NCBI GenBank assembly: GCA_963737905.1
Contig: CAVTUQ010000009.1
Coordinates: 1 to 64,000 of the forward strand
Source: an uncultured delta proteobacterium
Lineage (GTDB): Bacteria > Desulfobacterota > Binatia > UBA9968
Reading direction: 5' to 3'
DNA: 64,000 nt
The first letter of the stretch is position 1, and each line of letters starts with the position of its first letter. The notes beneath the pieces were generated by a model. The model made no database searches. It saw nothing but the letters and a program-made list of their open reading frames with translations, and had not been told where the DNA came from. Made by a program: the position numbers and the translations under genes. Shown one piece after another: positions 26,588-35,839 of the stretch.

Positions 26588-27721
26588 CTAGTTGGATTCG
26601 CCGCGCAGGATCTTTTCTAGCTCCGTCTGTGTTTGCTGATAGTTTTTATTCTTGTCAAGCCATTGCGGGGAGCTGACAACGAATTTAGCACCCCGGGCTC
26701 TGGCAGCGTCGAGCTTTTTTTTCTGATTGGATTCGGGGTATAGATGGAAGTCAAGCCCGTCGATGTCCCACATTTGCTTCTGGCCCTCCGCCGTGTGCAG
26801 GTAAACTATGAATAATGCCGCGGCATTTGGCGAACTCGAATTTACCGGCACGGCAGAGTATCGCGTGTGCGAGATGGTGGCATCGTCCATGATCGCGTAA
26901 CCCAGAGGAACGCCCTGTCTCTGGCCAACGTTCACTTCCTGGTCGCCACAAGCCAAGACGAGCATGAGAAATTCGCCGCTGGTTATTTTATCCATCTCCC
27001 CGCAGCGCATCAGACCGCCGATATGCTTGGACAGTTTTTTGGCGTATTCGATGACCGGCTCTTTTCCCAGCAGCTCCGGCATGGCAAATTCCCTCAGTCC
27101 AGCGGCGTAAGGGGTGGAGGCGATTTTCCCTTTCCACTTAGGATTGAGGGCATCCGCCAGCTTTTTGGGAATATCGTTTCCTTTGACCATATCGCTGTTG
27201 TAGATAACCCCTACCAGAGTAGAAGCCATGGCGATGCCGATATTCCCTGGAACAATCGGGTCGAAACCAGATTCCTCAGGAATCGGCCGCTCCAAAAGCG
27301 CTTTCCAGTTTATGGGCGTCAAGACCTTTGTCTTCGACGTCATGACTTGAAGCATCGACTGGGGATTGCCGAAATAGACGTCGCTGCTGGCCGGCTGGCC
27401 GGCTGCCACTTCGCGCGAAATTTTGGTCATCATTCCCTGCATGTTCGGCCCCGGTGTGAACGAGGGTTTAAGCTTGAGACCATATTTCTTATTCATGGCG
27501 GCAACGATTTTATCCAACCCCGAGCCTCCATCCAATGTATCCGCGCCCCACTGCGCTTTCAGTGTAGTTTCATTTTTCGCTGCTTTAATGAGCTCGGACA
27601 GCGATTGCGCCGCTTTCGTACTCTCGGCCGCTGATACTTGCGAGGCCCAGAAGCAGAGAGCGAAGCCGATCACGGAAACCATAATGATTCGCAAGTTTTT
27701 TCTTCCCTGACGGTAAAGCAT
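26588..27721 (-). CDS. ABC transporter substrate-binding protein (Fe3+/thiamine-type)
   Basis: Signal peptide; YN..V....P....D.L.PKWKGKI; PNAA.LF. Confidence 0.85.
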   Translation of the reverse strand: MLYRQGRKNLRIIMVSVIGFALCFWASQVSAAESTKAAQSLSELIKAAKNETTLKAQWGADTLDGGSGLDKIVAAMNKKYGLKLKPSFTPGPNMQGMMTKISREVAAGQPASSDVYFGNPQSMLQVMTSKTKVLTPINWKALLERPIPEESGFDPIVPGNIGIAMASTLVGVIYNSDMVKGNDIPKKLADALNPKWKGKIASTPYAAGLREFAMPELLGKEPVIEYAKKLSKHIGGLMRCGEMDKITSGEFLMLVLACGDQEVNVGQRQGVPLGYAIMDDATISHTRYSAVPVNSSSPNAAALFIVYLHTAEGQKQMWDIDGLDFHLYPESNQKKKLDAARARGAKFVVSSPQWLDKNKNYQQTQTELEKILRGESN

Positions 27722-27850
27722 TGTAAACCCTCCTTTTAAATAAAGGCTAGCTATGGAACCCTATAGGCGAAACGTCGAATTTGCAAAGTCACGTTAACTA
27801 GGCGCCATCTCGACTCGCAAAATGCCGTCGCGAACCGGGCAGCTCCCGTT

Positions 27851-29590
27851 TTAGTTCTCCGGCATCATCTGCCGACGCCCGAACCACCAGAACACCAGTA
27901 TGAGTGGAGTGAGCACCAGCGTCATCAGAAGCGTGACCGCAGCCGCCTGATTGATCGCTCCGGAATACCAGTAGCTCCAAATAACGGCCGGCAACGTGAT
28001 ACTGTCGTGACCCACTAGGAAAACCGCCACGGTCAATTCTCGATAGACAAGGATGGCCGTCCAGATCCACACGGACATGAGCGTCGGACGTATCAGCGGG
28101 ACCAGAATTCGCCATGACGTACGCACCGTTGAAAGGCCGGCGGTGTACGCCGCTTCTTCGAGTTCCTTGTGGACCTGAAGCAACGAGCTATTAAGCGCTC
28201 GGGTGGCAAAGGCGATCCGCGAAATGACATAGACAATGGCGATCAACCATACCGAGCCATAGAGGGGAAGGATACCCTGGAGCACGAAGAGCGCGAGTAG
28301 TAGCGCTCCAATGGCGAGAATGACTTCCGGTAGGGCATGGGGTAAAAACGCGCCAAATTCCAACAAATAGCGCAAACGGCTGCGCGAGCGTACGATCAGC
28401 CACGAGATACTAAACGCCACAACCAGTGTCACCAGCGGCACGGATACGACCAGCAAAATCGTGTTGTACAAGCCGCGCCGGAGGAGGTCCCAGTTGAGAT
28501 GGTAAAACCCGTTGAGCGAAAGTTTACTAAGCATGGCGAACGAGGGCGGGGCGAGGTATGGCGTGAACGCGGCATAGGCGATCAATAAGAGCGGAATGAG
28601 CTTAGTCGCCAAAAAGTACAGCGCGATGAACACCCAAGCCGCCACTGACCAACCCCCGATGTTGACAAGGGCAGGGCGGTAGCCTTTCCCGGTGATGACT
28701 TCGTATTTGTGACCTTGCCTCAATACCCGGCTGTACCACCACGTGAAGAGCAACGCCATAAAAATCATCACGGTCCCCATGGCGGCAGTGATGCCATGCT
28801 CGGGCAAACCGCTATCCGGTGGATTCGCTTTTAAATAGATATAGGTGCTGAGCATGTAGATTCTATTACCGAGACCGATAATCGCCGGAACGTCAAAGGT
28901 GGCAATCCCGATGGTAATCATATAAATAGCCGCTGCCAAAATGGCCGGAAACGCCAGCGGAAGCGTAATGCGGCGCATGGTGCCGAGAAATCCCATACCG
29001 TGGATTTTTGCGGCTTCTTCCAGCGACGGATTCATGGCGCGAAACATCTGCGCGGTCAGTATAAAGGCCAACGCCGTCAGGTTCAGTCCCTGAACGAAAC
29101 CCATGCCCACCGGGGTCGCGATATTGATCGGCCCCTGCTCGAAACCGAAATATTCCATCAGCCATCGGTTTAAAAATCCGATGCGCACATGGGCGATGAA
29201 AGTCCATCCCATGGCTGTGTAGATTCCGGGTATGAGCAACCCTAAAGTCATGATCGTGTACACGAGCCCCTTTCCCGGCATGCTGGTTCGCTCGGTTAAC
29301 CACGCGATGGGAAGCCCTATGACGAGTGCGGTAATCGTCGTCGAAATTGTAAAGATTACCGTGTTCCAGAATACTTTGATCATAAAGGGTTCACCGAAAA
29401 CTTGCGCGTAGTTGTTAAGTGTGTACCTTGCATCTGGAGTGCCGATGATGCCGGTTTGAAAACTGACCCATACTAGAACACAGACAAGGACAAGGATTAC
29501 GATCATCGGTAGGGCGGCGAGCATCATTAACAACGGCGAGGATTGTAAGCGAATTCCCAACAGCCGCGGTAATCTAAGCACAGCTTCCAT
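27851..29590 (-). CDS. ABC transporter permease, duplicated (FbpB-like)
   Basis: Two EAA loops (SLEEAAKIHG, ELEEAAYTAG); likely start ATG 29590. Confidence 0.9.
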   Translation of the reverse strand: MEAVLRLPRLLGIRLQSSPLLMMLAALPMIVILVLVCVLVWVSFQTGIIGTPDARYTLNNYAQVFGEPFMIKVFWNTVIFTISTTITALVIGLPIAWLTERTSMPGKGLVYTIMTLGLLIPGIYTAMGWTFIAHVRIGFLNRWLMEYFGFEQGPINIATPVGMGFVQGLNLTALAFILTAQMFRAMNPSLEEAAKIHGMGFLGTMRRITLPLAFPAILAAAIYMITIGIATFDVPAIIGLGNRIYMLSTYIYLKANPPDSGLPEHGITAAMGTVMIFMALLFTWWYSRVLRQGHKYEVITGKGYRPALVNIGGWSVAAWVFIALYFLATKLIPLLLIAYAAFTPYLAPPSFAMLSKLSLNGFYHLNWDLLRRGLYNTILLVVSVPLVTLVVAFSISWLIVRSRSRLRYLLEFGAFLPHALPEVILAIGALLLALFVLQGILPLYGSVWLIAIVYVISRIAFATRALNSSLLQVHKELEEAAYTAGLSTVRTSWRILVPLIRPTLMSVWIWTAILVYRELTVAVFLVGHDSITLPAVIWSYWYSGAINQAAAVTLLMTLVLTPLILVFWWFGRRQMMPEN

Positions 29591-29685
29591 AATGATCCTC
29601 CAGCAGCGTTTTTTTATTCTCGATGAAAAGTCCGTCGAGTTTTCTATGTACGTTGCGGTCAGGTTCTTGGATCCAAATTTGCGCC

Positions 29686-30771
29686 TCAGAGGCGTTCTTT
29701 GCTCTCCGAACCAGGGAAAGCCATAATGTCGGAAGGATCGACGTACAGCCGCGCGACTTTGTCCGACGGCATCGCGCGGCTCTTTCCCATCAATAGTTGA
29801 TCGCCGACGACCGCGTCGTAAACAAATTGATCGCCGAGAAACGTGCTGGTACGGAGCGTGGCCGCAAAGGAATTGATACGGCGCTCCTCGTCGTGGCTCC
29901 CTATCTTCAGTGCTTCGGGTCTGAAACCCAGAAGGACTTCGGGGCCTAAATTCCCCTTTAGACAAACGTCAAAGCGGCCGATCTTCGTCTCGACGCAGTT
30001 CGCTTTCACCAGCCGGCCAGCGAGCCAGTTGACGGAGCCGAAGAAATCCGCCACTTCGGAGCAGTTAGGCCGGTGGTAAAGTTCCATCGGTTCACCGCAT
30101 TGCAGCAGCTTGCCGAAACTCATCAGCGCGATCTTGTCGGCGATGGCCATGGCCTCTATTTGATCGTGGGTGACATAGAGCACCGTCGAGCCGAGCTGCT
30201 TGGCCAGCTCGCGAATCTTGCCGCGCACTTCCTCCCGCAGCCGCGCGTCGAGATTGCTGAGCGGTTCATCCATCAAAAGGATCTGTGGGTTGACGGCGAT
30301 GGCCCGTGCGAGGGCGACACGCTGCTGCTGGCCGCCGGAGAGCAGGGTCGCCGAGCGCTCGGCGAAACCTTCCAGCTGAACTAGGCGCAAGGCTTCGTGA
30401 ACACGGCTGGATACCTCGCGGCGCGCAATTCGCTGGGTTCCTTCGGCCAGCGGCAACGCGACATTCTGATACACGGTAAGGTGCGGCCAAACGGCGTAGG
30501 ACTGGAACACCATCCCAAGCTTGCGCTGCTGTGATGAAACCCAGACGGGCGGATTGTCCGACGATACGACACGATCAGCGATACTTATCGTTCCGCCGTC
30601 GGGAGTCTCCAAACCCGCAACGCATCGTAGCAGCGTTGTCTTTCCGGAGCCGCTCGCCCCGACGATGACGAAGAACTCCCCTTCGGTCACCTCGAGATCC
30701 AGTGCCTTGATCGCCACGACCTTGCCGCTGCTGACCGTAAACTCTTTGGTGAGGCCTTGGATGGAGATCAT
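29686..30771 (-). CDS. ABC transporter ATP-binding protein (FbpC/PotA-like, TOBE)
   Basis: GASGSGKTT, LSGGQQQR, DEPLSNLD, VTHDQ. Confidence 0.95.
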   Translation of the reverse strand: MISIQGLTKEFTVSSGKVVAIKALDLEVTEGEFFVIVGASGSGKTTLLRCVAGLETPDGGTISIADRVVSSDNPPVWVSSQQRKLGMVFQSYAVWPHLTVYQNVALPLAEGTQRIARREVSSRVHEALRLVQLEGFAERSATLLSGGQQQRVALARAIAVNPQILLMDEPLSNLDARLREEVRGKIRELAKQLGSTVLYVTHDQIEAMAIADKIALMSFGKLLQCGEPMELYHRPNCSEVADFFGSVNWLAGRLVKANCVETKIGRFDVCLKGNLGPEVLLGFRPEALKIGSHDEERRINSFAATLRTSTFLGDQFVYDAVVGDQLLMGKSRAMPSDKVARLYVDPSDIMAFPGSESKERL

Positions 30772-31000
30772 TGTCAAATTCGGAATTCGAATTTGCGAAT
30801 GCTACAGATACTTAATGCCGAGCGGCGGATTTGCCACGGGCGCGCTTCCATTGCTCGGAGGGGCGTTCCTCTCTTAGCGTTTCTGCCTCTAACATATGTC
30901 CCTCCGTGTTAGAAGGTTGATCTTGAAGAGAGAGTTCGAAATCCGGGCCGATTCTTATTGATACAGGCACTATTGTCAAGGCCATTGAGGCCCTGGGAAA

Positions 31001-31064
31001 ATGGAGTGTTGGAGTAGTGGAGTATGGGGTTTTTTAATGCATTACTCCATCGCTCCAGTATTCC
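31001..31064. repeat. TGGAGT/ACTCCA octamer palindromic repeat
   Basis: ATGGAGTGTTGGAGTAGTGGAGTA...TTACTCCATCGCTCCAGTATTCC, overlapping the stop of the DUF3500 gene. Confidence 0.65.
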
Positions 31065-32202
31065 GGTCTCTGTGAGACTGCTCGTAATGCTGGCGCAGGA
31101 GATCCTTGCCGTAATCGTTGCCATTCGGAGTGCGAACGACCACGTGGATGTGATCCCTGTAAGGCGTCTCATACTGCGGGAATGCCTGACCCCGCTGGTG
31201 GTCGAACTCAATAATGATGACGGGGCTATGGACACGGTAGTAGAACACGCTGTCTTCCTCTACGCCGCCCATCCAGGAAAAGTGAGTCTGCTGGAGATAC
31301 CGCTTTACCTCTTCTCTCTTTATTTCGGCGTGATCCGGCCGGATGCGGCCGACATGAACGTCAATCAGGCGGAGCAAAAGGTCACGTTGTGAACTGGAGA
31401 GCGCGTCGTAGCGGATCCCCTCGTAGCGGAGTTCAAAATTATCGCGAAAGGCTGTGGTAAATGGCTCACGCGGTAGATCCGGGGCGAGGACAGCTTGGTT
31501 GCGTTGATTCGCAGAAAGGGCTTGAATCACCGCTAGTCCCTGCTCCTCTTCGGCCTTGAAGACCCGTGTGCCGGCGTACTTGCCGCTTGTGGCATGGACC
31601 GGCTCCGAGCCTAGAAAGGTGGGAGTCATGACGATTTGGTCTCCGAGGACGAAGGTGTTGATGTTAAGATGATGCCCATCAAGCTGCCAGCCCCAAGGCT
31701 CAATAGCGGAGGGTCTCCCCATAATGCTGAGCCAGTAAAGATCCTCGCCGTACTCGTCGATCCTGCCCGTCATCTCCATGACGGTTTCATTTAGACGCAT
31801 GATGTCCCGCGCGGTCTCAAATCCTTGGGTGCTCAAGGTCTCTTTTAGAAGCGCAAAAGCTCGGTCGCGCTGAGGATCGGTCATCTCGAAAAACGGGATG
31901 CCATGCCGCATCAAGGTGCGATGGATATTGCTCCATTTCCGCCACTCGACGGTGTCCACAGGAAAGAGGGTGTTGGCGCGCTGCTCCAAGTTTAGCGATG
32001 TAAGAAATCCTTCAGCAGCCGCTCTGATAGAATCGGTGGGCACACCTGTTTTTTGGATAGGGAAAAGCCCGGGGACCACCCTCCCGCCGGAAGTAATTCC
32101 TTTGAATGGCTCCGCCACCGCCTTGAGCGCATTTTCGACGTAGCCTGCAGGGCCGCCGCCCATGCGCAGCGCCCGCTTGGGTGAGGTCTTGGTGGCTGTC
32201 AT
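31042..32202 (-). CDS. DUF3500 domain protein
   Basis: WGWQLDGHHLNIN, TPTFLGSEP, YYRVHSPV..IEFDHQ, HIHVVVRTPNGNDYG. Confidence 0.9.
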   Translation of the reverse strand: MTATKTSPKRALRMGGGPAGYVENALKAVAEPFKGITSGGRVVPGLFPIQKTGVPTDSIRAAAEGFLTSLNLEQRANTLFPVDTVEWRKWSNIHRTLMRHGIPFFEMTDPQRDRAFALLKETLSTQGFETARDIMRLNETVMEMTGRIDEYGEDLYWLSIMGRPSAIEPWGWQLDGHHLNINTFVLGDQIVMTPTFLGSEPVHATSGKYAGTRVFKAEEEQGLAVIQALSANQRNQAVLAPDLPREPFTTAFRDNFELRYEGIRYDALSSSQRDLLLRLIDVHVGRIRPDHAEIKREEVKRYLQQTHFSWMGGVEEDSVFYYRVHSPVIIIEFDHQRGQAFPQYETPYRDHIHVVVRTPNGNDYGKDLLRQHYEQSHRDRNTGAME

Positions 32203-32316
32203 CGTAAGTAGTTCCCGGACCGTGGATCGATTCAAAGGGGAGAAGGAATCGCACGATCACTCAAACGAGTTTGCAATCGATAACCACCTATCGAAATGCT
32301 AACTTGGAAACCGATC

Positions 32317-32826
32317 TCAGTTATATTCGGTGCCCGGCAGTGGATTCTCGACAGCCTCTTCAAGAGTGGTGGCCCGTTTCCATTCATTTGCCGGACGGCT
32401 TTTGCCGTCGGTACCGATCTGGTCCATGGAAGCGTAGATCTCGATCTTATAGCCGTCCGGATCGTAGAACTCTAGGCCCGGATTACCCCCCGGGCCCCGG
32501 CGGCCCTCGTAGAAGATTTTTACCCCTTTGGAGCGAAGGAAATCACGAATCTTGAACAGCTCTGCAACGGTCGCTACCTCAAGGGCCATATGATCAAAAC
32601 CCACTTGGCCGTGTTTGGGCAATTCGTTTTTCTCTTTGGCTTGAAGCAACGCAACCGTATGGTGATCGGTCGCATTGCGGAAAAACATCATGCCAATTTC
32701 GTTTCGGTCGGAGAATTTGAAGCCCATAATCTCCGTCCAGAACTTGCTGCTGCGCTCGATGTCGCTGACGCTCAGAACCACGTGTCCGATCTTCTTGATC
32801 TTGATGGGAGATTTTTCTTCCGCCAT
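32317..32826 (-). CDS. VOC family protein (extradiol dioxygenase/glyoxalase fold)
   Basis: GHVVL.V.D..RS..FW..IMGF, DHH, HMALEV, DPDG..IEI. Confidence 0.88.
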   Translation of the reverse strand: MAEEKSPIKIKKIGHVVLSVSDIERSSKFWTEIMGFKFSDRNEIGMMFFRNATDHHTVALLQAKEKNELPKHGQVGFDHMALEVATVAELFKIRDFLRSKGVKIFYEGRRGPGGNPGLEFYDPDGYKIEIYASMDQIGTDGKSRPANEWKRATTLEEAVENPLPGTEYN

Positions 32827-32887
32827 AAGTTCCTCCTTTGCTGGATCTTTGTTAAACTCATGAGTTAGAAAGCCACCGGTTTATGTC

Positions 32888-32922
32888 CCTCACCTCTCTC
32901 TCCTCCGCTAAGGGGAGAGAGA
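32888..32922. repeat. CCCTCACC..CTCTCC/GGGAGAG REP-like hairpin
   Basis: TCTCTCTCCT-CCGCTA-AGGGGAGAGA. Confidence 0.55.
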
Positions 32923-33016
32923 ACTAGGATAAGAGGACAGACTGAAAATCGGTCGGCATTGGCTACCTGAACTAGCCGGTTGTCTATCATGGAAACGGCA
33001 CCAAGGCAATTTCTTA

Positions 33017-33142
33017 ACGGTGTTGATTAGGTAGAATGAGTCGGGTATACGGAGACCCACAGGTGGCGCGGCAGGCCGGTGGGTCAACGTCGGCCATTTC
33101 AAAGACCCTGCCGCGAGGTTGATTCCACCTAGTCAACAACGT
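33017..33142. mobile_element. 126-bp MITE-like or structured element with 21-bp imperfect terminal inverted repeats
   Basis: ACGGTGTTGATTAGGTAGAAT ... ATTCCACCTAGTCAACAACGT (18/21); internal CGCGGCAGG/CCTGCCGCG helix. Confidence 0.5.
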
Positions 33143-33161
33143 CCGAATTACGCTCACAGAG

Positions 33162-33656
33162 ATGTTTCGTCGTGTTGATCTTCCCGCGCGGGTCCCTGGA
33201 AAATTGTTGCTGCACAGCATGCCGGGCCGCTTTGAAACGATCGAGAGGGCTTGGCAACAGGTGAAGAGCGACGCGGTCGGCTCGATCGTCTGTTTAGCCG
33301 AACAATACGAAATCCGCCTGAAATCCGCCGCCTACGCAGAAGCCCTGGAAGGCGGGAATGTTCCCTGTTCCGTGCTGTCTTTGGAAATTCGTGAGGGCGG
33401 CGTGCCCGAAGACCGGGATGGCTTCTGGACGCTCGCGAATGCGGTCGCGAATCGATTGGAATCGGGGGAAGCGGTGCTGGTTCATTGCGCGGGCGGGCTC
33501 GGCCGCACGGCCATGCTTGCGATCGCTGTGTTAATGGTGTTGGGGGAACCGATGAACGAGGCGGAAAGCGCGGTTTCGCGAGCGGGATCTATGGTGGAGA
33601 CAATGCCGCAAATCGAAATGCTTTCCTGGTGCGCGACACGGGCTTCGCTCAAATGA
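33162..33656 (+). CDS. Dual-specificity/tyrosine protein phosphatase family
   Basis: VLVHCAGGLGRT (CX5R). Confidence 0.9.
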   Translation: MFRRVDLPARVPGKLLLHSMPGRFETIERAWQQVKSDAVGSIVCLAEQYEIRLKSAAYAEALEGGNVPCSVLSLEIREGGVPEDRDGFWTLANAVANRLESGEAVLVHCAGGLGRTAMLAIAVLMVLGEPMNEAESAVSRAGSMVETMPQIEMLSWCATRASLK

Positions 33657-33753
33657 GGAATGGGTCGATGCGACTCATCGCCGAAAGTTTCATTCGCCGC
33701 AGCTGAGCCATGCTCCTTCTTGACCTCCATGCGTGTGACTTAAGGGATCTCAT

Positions 33754-34245
33754 CTGAATATTCTCGATCAGTTCTTAGGTAAGGAGGCAGGGAATCTCGT
33801 TCAGTTCATAAAATATGCGATCAGTGGGGGCATAGCCACGGCAGCTCACATATTGGTCTTTCATCTCGCCGCGTGGAAATTATTTTTCGCTTTACAGGCC
33901 AACGATTGGTTCGCAAGACTGTTGAAGCTGCCGATTCAAAAGTTGGACAACACCACGCGGTCACGAAATTCCATGAAGGCAAACGGCGTGGCGTTCGTCA
34001 TTTCAAACTTGGTGGCGTATTTGATCAACATTTATTGGGTGTTTGTTCCCGGCCGTTATCCCTGGGTCGTGGAAATCCTTTTATTTTATCTTGTTTCAGG
34101 TGTCGCCATCGTGATTGGCACCGGATTCATGGGTTTTCTGATCCGACGTTTCGGCATGCTGACAACGTATGCTTTCGGCGCCAACATTTTTACCGCTATC
34201 ATGATTAATTACGCGATGCGCAAGTTCTTCATTTTCAACGGATAG
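33754..34245 (+). CDS. GtrA family membrane protein
   Basis: Frame is open from CTG 33754 with QFIKYAISGGIATAAH; Y.IN..WVF, INYAMRKFFIF. Confidence 0.8.
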   Translation: MNILDQFLGKEAGNLVQFIKYAISGGIATAAHILVFHLAAWKLFFALQANDWFARLLKLPIQKLDNTTRSRNSMKANGVAFVISNLVAYLINIYWVFVPGRYPWVVEILLFYLVSGVAIVIGTGFMGFLIRRFGMLTTYAFGANIFTAIMINYAMRKFFIFNG

Positions 34246-34271
34246 AAAATTCGGCACTACAACTCAACAAA

Positions 34272-35720
34272 CTAGGGTAGCTTGGCGACGTTCCACCCGC
34301 CGCCCAGCGCTTTGATCAAAAGCACGCTGGCATTGAGGCGGTTCCCAAGTATATTGATGGAAGTCCTTTCGTTGTTGAGCGCCGCCGTCTGAGCGATGAT
34401 GACCTGAAGATAGCTGGTAATCCCGGCTTTGTACTGGTTGCCGACTACGGTGACGGTTTGCTGCGCGGCGTTTACGGCTGCATCCTGGACTTGGGCTTCG
34501 CTTTCGAGAATCCGCAGCGCTGCGAGGTTATCTTCAACCTCTTGGAATGCGGTTAACACGGTCTCGCGGTAAGAGGCCACGCTGCCATCATAGACCCCAC
34601 GAGCCTGTTCCGTCAGCCCCGCGCGCAGGCCGCCGTCAAAAACAGTCTCCGAAATGGCTGGTCCCGCTGACCAGAGACGGCTTGGCGCCGAGATCCACTG
34701 GCTCAGGCTGGTACTTTGAAAACCACCGGTGGCATGCAGCGAAACCGTAGGATAGTAGGCCGCGAGGGCTGCCCCGATCTGAGCGTTGGCAGCGGCAACC
34801 TGCCGCTCGGCGGCGGCGATGTCGGGTCGGCGCTCAAGGACTTCCGATGGGACGCCTACCGGAATCGGCGGCGGCACTATAGTCATAGCTAGTGGTGCCG
34901 CAGGAATGGAAACCACGGAGGCGGGTTTGCCGATTAGCAGCGCGATGGCATGCTCGAACTGCGCGCGCTGCACGCCCACATCGATGGCTTGCGCCTGGGT
35001 GGTCTTGAGCTGGGTCTCGGCCTGGAGCACGTCCGCCCTCGATACGACACCGCTGGCGTATCGATTGTTGGTCAAGTCCAGCGATTTTTGAAAGTCCGCG
35101 GCGGACGCGTCGAGGAGCTGCTTCTGTGTATCGAGAGTTCGCAGCTGAAAATAATCTTGTGCCAGTTCGATCTGAGCGCTCAGCCGCGCGGTTTCCAGAT
35201 CCGCCGCGCTCGCCTGGGCGCCGGCTTGGCTGGATTCCACAAGGCGACGGATCCGACCCCAGACATCTATTTCCCAAGAAGCATCGACGGCCATTGCAAA
35301 TAGTGTAGGTGCCGTCCTCCCGGAGGAGCTGTTACTGATTCTAGTCTTCGTGGACTGACTGGAGTTATTCAGGCTAGCGCCGATGGTCACCGTTGGAAAG
35401 TAGGCCGCTCGGGCTTGCTGGACGAGCGCACGCGCCTGGCGGTACTGCGCTTCCGCAAGAGCCACGTTTTGATTGGAGACATCCACCTGTTCTTCGAAGG
35501 CGTTTAATTGGGGATCGTCGAACATCTCCCACCAGTTGCCGCGGAGAGTCGCGTCTTTGGGTTGCGCCACTTGCCAGCCTGTGTTTTCCCTGAAAGCATC
35601 GGGCACTTCGACGGTGGGCTTCACATAGTTCGGACCGACTGTGCAGCCAGCAAGCCAGCCAAAACTGATCGTCGCCAACGCCAGGAGAAAGGGCTGAACT
35701 ATTTTCGTTAAGTGACGCAT
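34272..35720 (-). CDS. RND efflux outer membrane lipoprotein (NodT/OprM family)
   Basis: Lipobox LAGC, WW..F.DP.L, SWEIDVWG, LERRPDI, ALGGGW. Confidence 0.95.
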   Translation of the reverse strand: MRHLTKIVQPFLLALATISFGWLAGCTVGPNYVKPTVEVPDAFRENTGWQVAQPKDATLRGNWWEMFDDPQLNAFEEQVDVSNQNVALAEAQYRQARALVQQARAAYFPTVTIGASLNNSSQSTKTRISNSSSGRTAPTLFAMAVDASWEIDVWGRIRRLVESSQAGAQASAADLETARLSAQIELAQDYFQLRTLDTQKQLLDASAADFQKSLDLTNNRYASGVVSRADVLQAETQLKTTQAQAIDVGVQRAQFEHAIALLIGKPASVVSIPAAPLAMTIVPPPIPVGVPSEVLERRPDIAAAERQVAAANAQIGAALAAYYPTVSLHATGGFQSTSLSQWISAPSRLWSAGPAISETVFDGGLRAGLTEQARGVYDGSVASYRETVLTAFQEVEDNLAALRILESEAQVQDAAVNAAQQTVTVVGNQYKAGITSYLQVIIAQTAALNNERTSINILGNRLNASVLLIKALGGGWNVAKLP

Positions 35721-35757
35721 GAATTCGTTGTATTCAGTCGCCTCGCTTGCAGAAGCA

Positions 35758-35785
35758 GTTCAAAACGTTCAAGCCGTTCAAAGCG
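35758..35785. repeat. CGTTCAA 9-mer repeat between mdtC and the OMF gene
   Basis: GTTCAAAACGTTCAAGCCGTTCAAAGCG. Confidence 0.6.
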
Positions 35786-35839
35786 CGCCTCGCTCAGTCT
35801 TTTTGAGCTGCCTGCGAAACAGAAGGTTTCGGCGACCTG

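Noticed and set aside
29591-29965. N-terminal extension of the permease (704-aa ORF)
   Set aside because: It overlaps the ATPase gene in another frame; the plausible start is ATG 29590 after GGAGG.
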